A stretch of DNA of 64,000 nucleotides from Candidatus Latescibacterota bacterium (GTDB taxonomy: Bacteria > Latescibacterota > UBA2968), in the NCBI GenBank assembly GCA_965208125.1, contig OZ242320.1, positions 2,240,001 to 2,304,000 on the forward strand. Reading direction: 5' to 3'. The position numbers and the translations under genes are program-made. Position 1 is the first letter of the stretch. The number at the start of each line of letters is the position of its first letter. Below are positions 10,767-21,476 of the stretch, one piece after another. The notes beneath the pieces were generated by a model that was not told the origin of the DNA, ran no database searches, and was given only the letters and a program-made list of their open reading frames with translations.

Positions 10767-13700
10767 TTATTGTCGTTGTGCTTTTATTTTCTGAATGCGC
10801 TTTTCCGCCTCAATACCATAATTACTGGCTGCGCCGTGGCTGCGTTTTATGGCTTCGAGTTCTTGTATGGCTTGTTCGATGTTGTTCTGTGCCGCATAGC
10901 ATTCTGCGACTTTCATTTGTGCAGATGCGATCCACATGGGCCCCGCTTTCTGGTTGTAGCGCAAGATCAAAAATTCTCGGAGTGCGTTGTCATAGTCGGC
11001 CAATTCAAAATAATTTTCTGCGATGGTGTATTGGATGCTGGCTTTTTCGTCTTCTACGGTTACGAGTTTGAGCAGGGGGCGAAGTTCTGCAATGGCTTGT
11101 TCGTGGTCGCCTTTGTTGGGCAGGTAAATGGTGCCGATGTCGATGCGGGCGCTCAGGGCAAGCGGATGCTGGGGAAATTCGCGGATGAGTTGGCGCGCAA
11201 AGTTGATGGCGAGGTCGTAGGCGTTGAGGTTGCTGTAATTTTTTGCGAGTTTGTGCAGGATGTCGGGTTTTTGGGATTGGGCGACGCCTTTTTCTATGGC
11301 GTTGCGATATGCGCGTGCAGAGAGGTTGTATTCTTCGTTGCGTTCCCAAAATTCAGCGAGTTCGATGTTGGCATCTACCCAGTGCGGGCTGTCGGGATAA
11401 TTTTTTATGAATGTGCCGAGTGCGTTGAGATAGGGTTCGTTGTGGCCTTCTTTGTCGGGTCCTTCGTCATAGTAGGCGCGGATGATGTAATAGCGCGCGT
11501 CGGCTTCTGCTTCGGTTCTGGCGTATTTTTTGGAGATGTCTTCAAAGATTTGCCGCGCTTTTTTGGGATTTTTGACGGCGAGTTGATATCTGCCTTTTTC
11601 GACTTCAAAGCGGGCGAGCCATTCGGTTGCTGTTTTATGGGTTTTTTTGAATTGGCCCGCGGCTTTGTTGGCTTCGCTGATGCGCCGGAGGCGGTAGAGG
11701 CTCAAGACTTCTCGGGCGGCCATGGTTTCGTTGCGCGCAGGTTCTGGTACGCGCCGGTACGCGGCGATGGCCTGGGCGTATTTTTCCGTTTGAAAGAGGA
11801 TGTCGCCCACAGATTGGTCTGCCTGTGTGCCGAGCGGGCTGTTGGGATAGTGTTTGGAGAATTCGCGGAAGGCGGTGAGGGCTTCTGATGTGCGGTTGAG
11901 AGATGTCAGGTGTTCGGCGCGTGTATAGGCGATGCTGTCGGCGTCGGGTGCTTGTGGATAGTTGCGGAGGTACATGTTATAAGTTGTGATGGCTTTGTCG
12001 CGCTGGTTGTTATGCGCATAAGATTTGGCGAGGCGTCGCAATAATTTGGGGGTGGTGTTGTGGGTGATCAAACGTTCGTCTATTTCTATGGCGCGTTGAT
12101 AGTTGCCTGTGCGATGATAGCTTTCTGCCAATAGCGAGCGGGCAGACCGCTGGAGTGCGAGCGTTGGAGATCCGGAGAGGAGTTCGGAGAATGCTTCGGC
12201 AGCGCTGGCGTAAAATTCCCGGTTGAGGAGTATGTGTCCCAGTTGAAATTGCGCGTGTGGCGTCAGGTCGCTTTGCGGATAGTTGAAGAGGAAGTTTTTC
12301 AGGGTTTCTTCGGCGCGTACGTGTTGTTGTTGCCTGGCCTGACACAAGCCGATGCCGTATGTGGCTTTTTCACTGTGTGTGGGGTTGTCGGCGTTTTTTT
12401 GTACCTGGAGGTACAGGCTGAGGGCGCTGTCGATGTGGGTGTTGGCGAAGTGGGCGTCGGCGATTCGCAGGAGCAGGTCGGGGCTGTTGGCATGTGTTTT
12501 GCGATATGCGCGATATGCGTTCAGGCGCGTTTGTGCGCGGAGGGTGTCGGGTTGTATGTGGGCCGTTTCTGTGTGTATGACGGCGAGTGCGGCGTTTTTC
12601 GCATGGTCGTTGTCGGGGAATTTTTTGACGAGTATTTTGAGTGTTGTGAGGCCCTTGTTTTGCCATTCGTCTGGGGATTTGTTTTCAAGGATGGCTCTGC
12701 GCGCCTGTTTTAAGTAGCTGTTGCCGAGGAGATAATAGGCTTCAGATGCCCAGGGGGGCGCGTCGCTGAATGCCGAGTCATCGGGTATGGGTATGTCGTC
12801 ATTAGATGGTGTGTCATTATTATCATTATTAGATGTGTCGGCGGATGTGTCGGCGGATGTGTCGTCGTTAGCCGACGCTGGCGTGTCTTCAGATGTGTAG
12901 AGGACGGCCCCCGTGCCGTCCCGCATGTCCTCCTGTGCCCGCCCGTCAGCCAATGCGAGGATGGCTTCGGCTGCGCGTGCGGCTTCGGCTGCAAGGGCGA
13001 GTGTGTCATCAGATGTGGTTGAGAGCGCAGGGGTTTCGTTTGGCGGCTCGACGAGTATGTGTTCATAAGCTGAGGGGCGTATGTCGTGAGATGCCAGCGC
13101 GGTTTCGAGGTATGGGATTGCGCGGTTGTAGTATTTTTGGTTGTAGAAGGTTTTGCCCAGTTTAAATTGTGTGTGTGCATCGTCGGCGATGCCGGGCAAG
13201 TTGGCGAGGAGTTCGATATAGGTGCGGTCGCGGTCGGTCTCTGTGCCAAATTCGGTGAGGAGTTGGATGCGCGTTTCCGCTGTTTCAGCGCGCGAGGCGT
13301 CGCCGTGATTTTTGATGTAGGTGCGATATTCTCGCAGTGCGAGTGCGGTTTGTCCGGTTTTTTCAAATACGCGGGCAAGGCCGTATTGACCTTCAGAGTG
13401 TGGCATTGCGCTGTTGAGCAGGATGCGATAATTTTCGGCTGCGAGGTCATACCAGTGCAGGTCTTCGCATAGTTGCGCGATTTGTAGTCGCGCATTGGCT
13501 TTTTCGCCGGGGGATTGTATGCGCGCGAGGTATGTTTGATACGCTGTCAATGCTTTTTGGTGCATGCCAAGCGCGCGCCATAAGTTTCCGATGTCGCCAT
13601 AAGCCTGGATGCTGACGTCTGCGTCTGGATATTTTTCCTGAAGACTTTTGAATGCAGCTAATGATTGGCGATAATTTTTCAGGTCTGCAAATGTGCGGCC

Positions 13701-14723
13701 ATAGCCTATCAGGGCGTGGGCGTGGAAGGGGCTTTTGGGATAGGCTCTTAGAAATGAGGCGTAGCGCTGTAGCGCACCTTCGCTTTTGCCGAGTTTGCGT
13801 TTTGCATTTGCACTTCCCAACAGGGCTTGTTGGCGACGGGTGTTGTTCGGTATTTTTACGAGGGCGTTGTTATAGGTTTTTTCAGCGCGTGTCCAGTCGT
13901 TTTTGCCGGCGTGCCACGCGCCTGTGATGAGATACGAGTTTTGGGCGGCAGGTGTTGCGGGATATCCGGCGCGCAGGTTTGCAAAGATGCGTTCTGCTTC
14001 CGAGAGGTTGTCGCGCGATAGGGCGATGTTGCCCATTTCGAGGAGGGCGTCGGGTTTGCGCTTTGCAGGACCGGGTCGTTCGGCGAGGGTGCGAAATTGC
14101 ACGAGGGCTTCTTCGGTGCGCGATTCTTCAAGTAGAACCCGGCCCAGGTTGAAGGTGGCTTCGTTGACCAGGGACGATTTGGGATATTGTGTGGCGAGTT
14201 GGCGATAGGCCGCGCCGGCTTCTGGTAAGGCACCGCCTTTGTGGTAGTTCTCGCCAGCGGATAAGAGGTCCTGGGGCGCGTTTGTGGAGGCGGGATAGGC
14301 CGCGTGTACGCCGCGATAAGCTGCACCGGCTCGGGTGTGTTCTCCCAGTTGGCTGAGTGCATCGGCGCGGGTGCGCATTGCTCTACCTACTTCGATGTGG
14401 GTGGGGTAGCGGTCGATGAATTGCTGCAAGGCTTCGAGTGCGAGGTCGTATTGTTCGGCTTTGGCAAGTGCCTGTCCAACGCGCAGCATGGCATCGGGCA
14501 GTCGCTTGCTGGTGGGGTAGTTGATGATGAATTGCTTGTATTCCCGCGCGGCATCGGCATAGAGGCCATCGTCGAAGATTCGCTGCGCGAGTTCGTAATG
14601 GGCGTTTTCATCCTGGGTCCCCTGCGCGCAGAGGTGGGATGAGATGCCGAGGAGGACGATGTACAATGCGGTGGTGATACCGCGGGTTAATGTGTTTATA
14701 AGGATCATGTAGAAAATCCGCAT
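10767..14723 (-). CDS. Large exported TPR protein (CpoB/BamD-like repeats)
   Basis: 1318 aa, N-terminal hydrophobic signal, many A..Y..F...YP.S repeats. Confidence 0.88.
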   Translation of the reverse strand: MRIFYMILINTLTRGITTALYIVLLGISSHLCAQGTQDENAHYELAQRIFDDGLYADAAREYKQFIINYPTSKRLPDAMLRVGQALAKAEQYDLALEALQQFIDRYPTHIEVGRAMRTRADALSQLGEHTRAGAAYRGVHAAYPASTNAPQDLLSAGENYHKGGALPEAGAAYRQLATQYPKSSLVNEATFNLGRVLLEESRTEEALVQFRTLAERPGPAKRKPDALLEMGNIALSRDNLSEAERIFANLRAGYPATPAAQNSYLITGAWHAGKNDWTRAEKTYNNALVKIPNNTRRQQALLGSANAKRKLGKSEGALQRYASFLRAYPKSPFHAHALIGYGRTFADLKNYRQSLAAFKSLQEKYPDADVSIQAYGDIGNLWRALGMHQKALTAYQTYLARIQSPGEKANARLQIAQLCEDLHWYDLAAENYRILLNSAMPHSEGQYGLARVFEKTGQTALALREYRTYIKNHGDASRAETAETRIQLLTEFGTETDRDRTYIELLANLPGIADDAHTQFKLGKTFYNQKYYNRAIPYLETALASHDIRPSAYEHILVEPPNETPALSTTSDDTLALAAEAARAAEAILALADGRAQEDMRDGTGAVLYTSEDTPASANDDTSADTSADTSNNDNNDTPSNDDIPIPDDSAFSDAPPWASEAYYLLGNSYLKQARRAILENKSPDEWQNKGLTTLKILVKKFPDNDHAKNAALAVIHTETAHIQPDTLRAQTRLNAYRAYRKTHANSPDLLLRIADAHFANTHIDSALSLYLQVQKNADNPTHSEKATYGIGLCQARQQQHVRAEETLKNFLFNYPQSDLTPHAQFQLGHILLNREFYASAAEAFSELLSGSPTLALQRSARSLLAESYHRTGNYQRAIEIDERLITHNTTPKLLRRLAKSYAHNNQRDKAITTYNMYLRNYPQAPDADSIAYTRAEHLTSLNRTSEALTAFREFSKHYPNSPLGTQADQSVGDILFQTEKYAQAIAAYRRVPEPARNETMAAREVLSLYRLRRISEANKAAGQFKKTHKTATEWLARFEVEKGRYQLAVKNPKKARQIFEDISKKYARTEAEADARYYIIRAYYDEGPDKEGHNEPYLNALGTFIKNYPDSPHWVDANIELAEFWERNEEYNLSARAYRNAIEKGVAQSQKPDILHKLAKNYSNLNAYDLAINFARQLIREFPQHPLALSARIDIGTIYLPNKGDHEQAIAELRPLLKLVTVEDEKASIQYTIAENYFELADYDNALREFLILRYNQKAGPMWIASAQMKVAECYAAQNNIEQAIQELEAIKRSHGAASNYGIEAEKRIQKIKAQRQ

Positions 14724-14729
14724 GGTATT

Positions 14730-14922
14730 GTAGGGGACGGCCCCCGTGCCGTCCCGTGTGTCATCGCGGCATGCTTAAAGCCGCAATCCAGAAGGTTCTT
14801 TATTTTACGAATGTATTATATTTTCCCAAAAGCGTCAATCTGTGTTTATCCGTGTTTGCCTTTTGCCTTTGTTTTTGATTTTATCCTGTTCATCCTTTCA
14901 TCCTGTAAATCCTGATTCAGAC
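14730..14922 (+). repeat. Composite repeat stack: GTAG-REP, GTCAT..ATCCAGAAGGTT hairpin, ATCTGTG/ATCCG unit, ATCCTG array
   Basis: gtaggggacggcccccgtgccgtccc; gtcatcgcggc..gccgcaatccagaaggtt; atctgtgtttatccgtgtt; atcctgttcatcctttcatcctgtaaatcctg. Confidence 0.85.
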
Positions 14923-14923
14923 G

Positions 14924-15784
14924 GTGGTTGCTTTGGAAATTGTCGAATACGCATATGCGAAGCTCAATTTGGGGCTGAGGATTCTCGGGCGGCGCGGCGA
15001 TGGGTTTCACGATATTTTGTCGGTTTTTCAGACTGTGGATCTGTGCGACCGCCTCGTTTTTAAACCCGCTGGACAGGGGCAGATTATTTTGTCGTGCGAC
15101 GATGCGGATTTGCCCGTGGGGCCAGAGAATCTGGTTTATCAGGCGGTTTCGGCGTTTCGGTCTTATACGGGAATGGACCGGGGGGTTGAGGTCGCTATAG
15201 AGAAGCGGATTCCGATGGCGGCGGGTTTGGGAGGCGGGAGTTCAGATGCGGCGGCTGTGCTGCGGGTTTTGAATCGGGTGTGGGAAGCGGGTCTTTCAGA
15301 TGGCGAACTGCGCGAGATAGGCGCGACTTTGGGGTCCGATGTGCCGTTTTTTGTGCGGCAAAAGGGCACGGCAGTTGTTTCGGGTCGGGGGGAGCATTTG
15401 CGGTATGTGCCCTGGTCTGCGGATGTGGTTTATGTGCTGATTTGTCCGGGGTTTCAGGTGCATACGGGCTGGGCTTTTGCAAATTATAAAAAGACCTTGA
15501 CAGGGCATGGTGAATATGATAATTTCATCCATTCTGTAAAAAATTTGCCCGTTTCAGGTTTTTTTGAGGGTATTGAGAACGATTTTCTGCCGCTTATTGT
15601 TCAAACGCATCCAGAGACGCGCGATATTTTGTCGCGGTTGACAGATGCCGGCGCGATCGTTGCGTCGATGTCTGGCAGTGGTTCCACGCTTTACGGTGTT
15701 TTTGAGTCTCGAGATGTTGCCGAGGCTGTTTGGGCGCGGTTTAAAGCCGAACGGTTTCGGGCGTTTTTGTGTTGTCCGGTTTGA
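14924..15784 (+). CDS. ispE: 4-diphosphocytidyl-2-C-methyl-D-erythritol kinase
   Basis: AKLNLGL, DGFH, KRIPMAAGLGGGSSDAA, GSDVPFF, MSGSGS. Confidence 0.96.
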   Translation: MVALEIVEYAYAKLNLGLRILGRRGDGFHDILSVFQTVDLCDRLVFKPAGQGQIILSCDDADLPVGPENLVYQAVSAFRSYTGMDRGVEVAIEKRIPMAAGLGGGSSDAAAVLRVLNRVWEAGLSDGELREIGATLGSDVPFFVRQKGTAVVSGRGEHLRYVPWSADVVYVLICPGFQVHTGWAFANYKKTLTGHGEYDNFIHSVKNLPVSGFFEGIENDFLPLIVQTHPETRDILSRLTDAGAIVASMSGSGSTLYGVFESRDVAEAVWARFKAERFRAFLCCPV

Positions 15785-15830
15785 TTTACGTAGGGGCGGT
15801 GCCCCCGTGCCCGCCCGCTGGAGAATAAAT

Positions 15831-16523
15831 ATGTCCGATCAAGTCTCTCTCAATGTAGATGTTCGCACGACGTCGGGAAAGAAGGCCGCCAAGGATTTGC
15901 GCTATCGCGGTCAGTTGCCCGCGGTTGTTTATGGCGAAGGTGCCGCGTCTGTTGCCTGTTCTGTGGATTATCGCACGTTGTCCGATTTGCTGAAGGCACA
16001 CGGTCGCAATGCGATTATTTCGCTGAGCGCAGGCGATGCGAGCCAGAGTACTATTATTAAGGATATTCAGTATCATCCCGTGCGCGGCGAGATGTTGCAT
16101 GTGGATTTTCACCGCATTGATTTGACGCGCAAAATTGTGGTTGAGGTGCCCATTCGCGCTATGGGGTCGGCCGTTGGGGTGCGGATTGGCGAGGGGATTC
16201 TGGAACACATGTTGCACGAGATCGAGGTCGAGTGCCTGCCCACAGAGATTCCCGATCATATTGAAATCGATGTGTCGGATCTGGATATCGGGGATTCGCT
16301 GCACGTTTCGGATATTGTCCTTGATGGCGATGAATTGTCTATTGTGACGGAGACCGACCGCACGGTGTTTGCGGTGGCTGCGCCCACGCTTGTTATTGAA
16401 GAGGAAGAGGAAGTGGAGGACGAAGCGTTGGTGGATGAGGAAGGGGAAGAAGAAATGCAAGAGCCTGAGGTTATTGAGCGCGGTAGAAGGCGCGACGATG
16501 ACGAAGAAGGCGATGAGTCGTAG
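15831..16523 (+). CDS. rplY: 50S ribosomal protein L25 (CTC-type)
   Basis: PAVVYG, IQYHPV, HVDF, C-terminal domain and acidic tail; ATG 15831 after GGAG. Confidence 0.95.
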   Translation: MSDQVSLNVDVRTTSGKKAAKDLRYRGQLPAVVYGEGAASVACSVDYRTLSDLLKAHGRNAIISLSAGDASQSTIIKDIQYHPVRGEMLHVDFHRIDLTRKIVVEVPIRAMGSAVGVRIGEGILEHMLHEIEVECLPTEIPDHIEIDVSDLDIGDSLHVSDIVLDGDELSIVTETDRTVFAVAAPTLVIEEEEEVEDEALVDEEGEEEMQEPEVIERGRRRDDDEEGDES

Positions 16524-17067
16524 TGTAAAGGCGATTGTGGGGCTGGGCAATCCGGGCACGCGCTATGCACAGACGCGCCACAATGTGGGGTTTTGGGTGG
16601 TTGATGCGCTGGGCAAAGATATGTCCTGGCATGCGTTTGAGTTTTGTACGTGGTGCAAGTTTTCAGATGAACTGGTGCTGGTCAAGCCGCTGACGTATAT
16701 GAATACGAGTGGTTTGGGTGTGGCGGAGGTTATGCGGTGCTTTCAGGTTGGACCAGCAGATGTGCTGATCGTGGTTGACGATGTGCATCTGAGTTTGGGG
16801 CGGTTGCGCTTCCGGCGCATGGGAAGTCACGGCGGGCACAATGGTTTGCGGTCTGTTGAACGCGCGTTGGGGTCTGCGGATTTTCCGCGGTTGCGTATCG
16901 GTATTGGGCAACCCGCCGAGGTGGATGAGATGATTGATTATGTGTTGGGTGCGTTTTCATCCGAAGATGGGGATGTGATTGTAGATGCTGTTGGGCATGC
17001 GGTTAAGGGCGCGCTTTGTTGGGCAACAGAAGGTATTGAACGGGCGATGAATCAGTATAATATGTAG
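16513..17067 (+). CDS. pth: Peptidyl-tRNA hydrolase
   Basis: VGLGNPG, TRHNVGF, KPLTYMN.SG, GGHNGL, RLRIGI. Confidence 0.96.
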   Translation: MSRSVKAIVGLGNPGTRYAQTRHNVGFWVVDALGKDMSWHAFEFCTWCKFSDELVLVKPLTYMNTSGLGVAEVMRCFQVGPADVLIVVDDVHLSLGRLRFRRMGSHGGHNGLRSVERALGSADFPRLRIGIGQPAEVDEMIDYVLGAFSSEDGDVIVDAVGHAVKGALCWATEGIERAMNQYNM

Positions 17068-17172
17068 GGGCGGGTTTAAAACCCGCCCGTCATTGCGGCA
17101 TGGTTTTGAGCCGCAATCCAGAAGGTTTTGAGGTTTTGTTGTTATTGTGCGTGGATGGGTTTGGAGTTCTTT

Positions 17173-19173
17173 ATGATTGTGATTTTGGCACCTGTGTTGG
17201 GCGTGGTTGGGCTTGTTTGCGCTGGTTTGATTTATCTCTATGTCACCAGACAATCAGAGGGCACGGCGTTGATGCGAGAGATCGCAGCAGATATCCAGGA
17301 TGGTGCCGTGACCTTTTTGAAGCGCGAATACAGTGTGCTATCTGTTTTTATTGTTGCGGTGTTCGCGCTGGTGTGCTGGGGTATTAATTTGCCCACGGCC
17401 ATCTCTTTTTTGGGTGGCGCGCTTTGTTCGCTTGGCGCGGGTTTTATCGGGATGAAGGCGGCGACCAAGGCAAATGTGCGGACGGCTTATGCCGCCAATG
17501 AGAGTGGGCGGGATAAGGCGTTAAATGTCGCGTTTTCAGGTGGGGCAGTGATGGGACTCTCTGTAGCAAGTCTGGGGCTTTTTGGCGTGGGCTTGCTTTT
17601 TTATTTTTACGGCAAACCCGATCAGGCGGCTATGATTAATGGTTTTGCTATGGGGGCGAGTTCTATTGCGCTGTTTGCCCGGGTTGGGGGCGGTATTTAT
17701 ACGAAGACTGCGGATGTGGGCGCAGATCTGGTGGGTAAGGTCGAGGCCGGGATACCGGAAGACGATCCGAGAAATCCGGCTGTTATTGCAGATCATGTGG
17801 GCGACAATGTGGGCGATGTGGCCGGGATGGGGGCGGATATTTTTGAGTCTTATGTGGGGTCCATTATTGCGACGATCGCGATTGCGGCAACGGCTGGTGG
17901 CGCGGCGTTGAGCGGGTTGGGGGGCGATTCGGAGATGGTGCGGGTCGCTGCGATGCAATATCCGCTTGTCGTGGTTATGGTCGGTTTGTTGGCGTCGCTG
18001 ATCGGGGTGGGGTCCATTCGCGTTTTGCAGTCTTTAAGCCCGGATGCAGCCCTGCGCTATGCCACGTATATTTCCGCTGTTTTGATGCTTGTTGGGGCGT
18101 TTTTTGCGGCGGAATATCTCGGTTTGGCTCGCGGGGTGTTTTGGGCGATTCTCTTTGGCTGTCTCGTCGGTATTGCCATTGCACTGATGACGGAATACTA
18201 TACGGGCGGGGCGCCTGTAAAGCGCATTGCCAATTCTTCAGAGACGGGGTCGGCGACGAATATGATCGCGGGTTTGGCGGTGGGGATGGAGAGTACGACG
18301 TTGCCGGTTTTGGGGATTTGTGTTGCCATTGCCGGGTCGTTTCACTTTGCGGGGTTATACGGTATTGGTATTGCGGCTGTGGGTATGTTATCGACTGTGG
18401 GTGTTACGATGGCGGTGGATGCTTACGGTCCGATTGCAGATAATGCGGGCGGTATTTCCGAGATGGCGAATTTGGGACCGGAGACGCGCGAGATTACCGA
18501 TGAACTGGATTCGCTTGGCAATACGACGGCGGCGATTGGCAAGGGGTTTGCGATTGGTTCTGCTGCGCTGACTGCGCTGGCGCTGTTTTCCGCGTATTCG
18601 ACGGCTGTGGGGATCGAGTCTATTAATCTGGTCAAACCTCTGGTCGTGATCGGTCTGTTTTTGGGCGCTGGCGTGCCTTATTGCGTGGCGGCGTTGACGA
18701 TGACGAGTGTGGGCAATGCGGCGTTTAAGATGGTTGAAGAGGTGCGTCGCCAGTTCCGCGAGATTCCAGGGTTGATGGAGGGGACGGGCAAGCCCGATAC
18801 GCGTCGCTGTGTCGATATCAGTTCTGTCGCGGCTTTGCGCGAGATGGTGGCGCCGGGTCTGGTGGCTGTTTTGACGCCGGTTTTGGTGGGTTTTGTTCTG
18901 GGGGCAGAGGCGTTGGGCGGTATGCTGGCGGGTGCGACTGTGTCGGGTGTGTTGCTGGCGCTGATGATGGCGAATAGCGGAGGCGCGCTGGACAATGCAA
19001 AGAAGTTGATTGAAGGGGGCAATTTGGGGGGTAAGGGGTCCGAGGCGCATAAAGCTGCCGTGGTTGGCGATACGGTTGGCGATCCGTTAAAAGATACGTC
19101 CGGTCCCGCGTTGAATATTTTGATTAAGTTAATGTCGGTGGTTTCGCTGATGCTGGCTCCTTTGCTGGTGTGA
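17173..19173 (+). CDS. hppA: Membrane ion-pumping pyrophosphatase, K+-dependent type (probably Na+-translocating)
   Basis: [26 protein letters not shown]; GNTTAA (Ala, not Lys) marks K+-dependence. Confidence 0.93.
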   Translation: MIVILAPVLGVVGLVCAGLIYLYVTRQSEGTALMREIAADIQDGAVTFLKREYSVLSVFIVAVFALVCWGINLPTAISFLGGALCSLGAGFIGMKAATKANVRTAYAANESGRDKALNVAFSGGAVMGLSVASLGLFGVGLLFYFYGKPDQAAMINGFAMGASSIALFARVGGGIYTKTADVGADLVGKVEAGIPEDDPRNPAVIADHVGDNVGDVAGMGADIFESYVGSIIATIAIAATAGGAALSGLGGDSEMVRVAAMQYPLVVVMVGLLASLIGVGSIRVLQSLSPDAALRYATYISAVLMLVGAFFAAEYLGLARGVFWAILFGCLVGIAIALMTEYYTGGAPVKRIANSSETGSATNMIAGLAVGMESTTLPVLGICVAIAGSFHFAGLYGIGIAAVGMLSTVGVTMAVDAYGPIADNAGGISEMANLGPETREITDELDSLGNTTAAIGKGFAIGSAALTALALFSAYSTAVGIESINLVKPLVVIGLFLGAGVPYCVAALTMTSVGNAAFKMVEEVRRQFREIPGLMEGTGKPDTRRCVDISSVAALREMVAPGLVAVLTPVLVGFVLGAEALGGMLAGATVSGVLLALMMANSGGALDNAKKLIEGGNLGGKGSEAHKAAVVGDTVGDPLKDTSGPALNILIKLMSVVSLMLAPLLV

Positions 19174-19235
19174 GCACTTTTTTCAACCCCGTTCAGAACA
19201 CGGTATTCTGAACCACATGTCCATGGGGGATAGTT

Positions 19236-19580
19236 ATGTCACGAGAGTACGAGATGGCTTTGATTGTCGATACACAGGAGAATGTGGATGAGACGATCAA
19301 ACACTATGAGGCACTGCTCGCCGATCAGGGTGCTACGGTGGTGAATGTTGACCGCTGGGGCATGCGCAGGCTCGCTTATGAGATTCACAAGCGACAGCAG
19401 GGCGATTATACTTTTTTTCTTTTTGAGGCCGATCCGGGCGCGATTGCTGGTGTCGAGCGGGCGTGCCGTTTGGATGAGGCTGTTTTGCGGCATCTGATTC
19501 TTCAGACTGAGATTCCTCCCCAGGTGGAGGAAGAAGCGGATGCTGAAGAGGTTTCAGTAGAGGAGGACGGCGATGAATAG
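19236..19580 (+). CDS. rpsF: 30S ribosomal protein S6
   Basis: REYE, WG.RRLAYEI, VLRHL. Confidence 0.95.
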   Translation: MSREYEMALIVDTQENVDETIKHYEALLADQGATVVNVDRWGMRRLAYEIHKRQQGDYTFFLFEADPGAIAGVERACRLDEAVLRHLILQTEIPPQVEEEADAEEVSVEEDGDE

Positions 19581-19824
19581 AGGACGTTTGAAAATTTGCC
19601 ATATTTGCGAGGGTCATACGAGGTCCTGCCATTTTGAAGCACACCGTTTGGATATTCACTATAAGAATGATCGTTTGTTGCGCCGGTTTGTTACAGAGCG
19701 CGGGAAGATTGTTCCGCGGCGTATGACGGGTACGTGTGCAAAGGGGCAGCGCGCATTGGTGCGCGCGATTAAGCGCGCCCGCTTTCTCGCGCTTATGCCT
19801 TATGTGAATGATTCGGTTCGGTGA
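19573..19824 (+). CDS. rpsR: 30S ribosomal protein S18
   Basis: YK, GKIVPRR.TG.C, QR..AIKRAR.LAL.PY. Confidence 0.95.
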   Translation: MNRGRLKICHICEGHTRSCHFEAHRLDIHYKNDRLLRRFVTERGKIVPRRMTGTCAKGQRALVRAIKRARFLALMPYVNDSVR

Positions 19825-19838
19825 GATAGGATGACACG

Positions 19839-20282
19839 ATGAAAATTATTCTTACAGCAGATGTGGATACGCTGGGTAATGCTGGCGATGTGGTTGAGGT
19901 GAAGGATGGCTATGCGCGAAATTTTTTGCTGCCTCGCGCAGTGGCGTTGATTGCCAATGAGCACAATATGGCGGTATATGAGAAGGTGCAGCAGCAACGC
20001 GAAGCCCAGGCGTCTCGCGCAATGCGCGAAGCAGAGACACTGGCAGAGGATCTGCAAGAGGTTTCGTGCAATGTGGCAGTTAGAGCTGGCGAAGAGGACC
20101 GCATTTTCGGATCGGTTACAGCACAACAAATATCCGTTGCACTCAGTGATCTGGGGTTTGAAATTGATCGCCGAGCCATAGAGATTGAAGAGCCGATTCG
20201 ATCATTGGGGGTATATGATATATCCATTCGCCTCCATGCAGACGTAAAGGCGTCTGTGAAGGTGTGGGTGGTGAGGGAGTAG
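19839..20282 (+). CDS. rplI: 50S ribosomal protein L9
   Basis: MKIIL, VKDGYARNFLLP, FGSVT. Confidence 0.97.
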   Translation: MKIILTADVDTLGNAGDVVEVKDGYARNFLLPRAVALIANEHNMAVYEKVQQQREAQASRAMREAETLAEDLQEVSCNVAVRAGEEDRIFGSVTAQQISVALSDLGFEIDRRAIEIEEPIRSLGVYDISIRLHADVKASVKVWVVRE

Positions 20283-20305
20283 GGGAAGGGTCACAATATT
20301 ATTAT

Positions 20306-20340
20306 AAAGCGGAAGACGCGAACACGTCTTCCGCTTTTTT
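20306..20340. terminator. Intrinsic terminator between convergent rplI and FGE
   Basis: aaagcggaagacg-cgaaca-cgtcttccgc-tttttt. Confidence 0.85.
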
Positions 20341-20345
20341 ATTTT

Positions 20346-21293
20346 TCATGCATTCCTCGCACACCGAAATCCCAAATTGCCCGTGGAGCTGTCCGGGGTG
20401 TTCGCGCTGCGGGCAGCTACGCGGTATCGGTTGCAGTAGGAGTCGTGACACAGGTAGGAGCCGCCGCGCATGCTTTTCGCCTGTCCGATGTGAGGTCCCG
20501 TGGGATTTACAGCGGTGCTTTTGAGGTGGAAGGTGGGGCTGAACCAGTCGCTGCACCATTCCCAGACGTTGCCCGAGATGTTGTAGATGCCATAGTTGTT
20601 GGGCGGGAATGATGTGACGGGTGCGGTGCCGATGTGTCCATCTGCCCGGGTGTTCTGTTCGGGGAATGTGCCCTGCCAGATGTTGCACATGTGTTTGCCA
20701 CCGGGTTCGAGGTCGTCTCCCCAGGGGTAGCGCATGCTTTTGAGGCCGCCCCGTGCAGCAAATTCCCATTCGGCTTCTGTGGGCAGGCGTTTTCCGGCCC
20801 AGTTGCAGTAGGCGACCGCGTCGTTCCACGAGATGTGGATGGCGGGGTGGTGCCAGCGGTTGTTGATATTTGTTCCAGGTCCTTCGGGACGGTGCCAGCA
20901 GGCGCCGTCAACAGCAAACCACCAGGGGGTATCGACGACGGTTTGCGAGATGTGCGAGGCGGTGTTGGGGGGTACAAAGAGGTGGAAGACAAAGGACCAG
21001 CCAAAGCGTTCGGCTTCGGTTTTGTACGCGGTTGCGCGGACGAATTTGGCAAAGTCGGCGTTGGTGACGGCGCATACGTCGAGGTAAAAGGGATCGACTG
21101 TGACTTCTCTCATGGGGCCTTCGCCGTCTTCTGCGAAGCCTTCGTCGCCGTCTGTGCCCATGAGAAAGGTGCCGCCCGATAGGCGGACCATGTTTTTGAG
21201 CGATGTATCACTTCTGCGTCTGTTTTTTTGTTTGCGCGTTTTTCTTTTTGTGGATGAGACAGGTCTGCTCGCACCGCAGCAGGGAGAGGACAT
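20346..21293 (-). CDS. Formylglycine-generating enzyme (SUMF1-like)
   Basis: RLPTEAEWE, GNVWEW, RGGSYLCHDSYCNRYR, GFRC; start 21293 after GGAG. Confidence 0.95.
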   Translation of the reverse strand: MSSPCCGASRPVSSTKRKTRKQKNRRRSDTSLKNMVRLSGGTFLMGTDGDEGFAEDGEGPMREVTVDPFYLDVCAVTNADFAKFVRATAYKTEAERFGWSFVFHLFVPPNTASHISQTVVDTPWWFAVDGACWHRPEGPGTNINNRWHHPAIHISWNDAVAYCNWAGKRLPTEAEWEFAARGGLKSMRYPWGDDLEPGGKHMCNIWQGTFPEQNTRADGHIGTAPVTSFPPNNYGIYNISGNVWEWCSDWFSPTFHLKSTAVNPTGPHIGQAKSMRGGSYLCHDSYCNRYRVAARSANTPDSSTGNLGFRCARNA

Positions 21294-21476
21294 AGCAATT
21301 CTCCTGAGATTGTGGGTTGCGTGAATATTTATAAGATGATACCATGCGATGCACAGGCTGTCAAGAGGGGGCTGGGGGCTGGGGACTATTTCCGCTTGCT
21401 TTTTGTCTCTGTATCCTTCTATATTGTTTTTAAGTTTGGACAAAGACAATCTGGCTAATCAGGAAGGATTTCTCAC

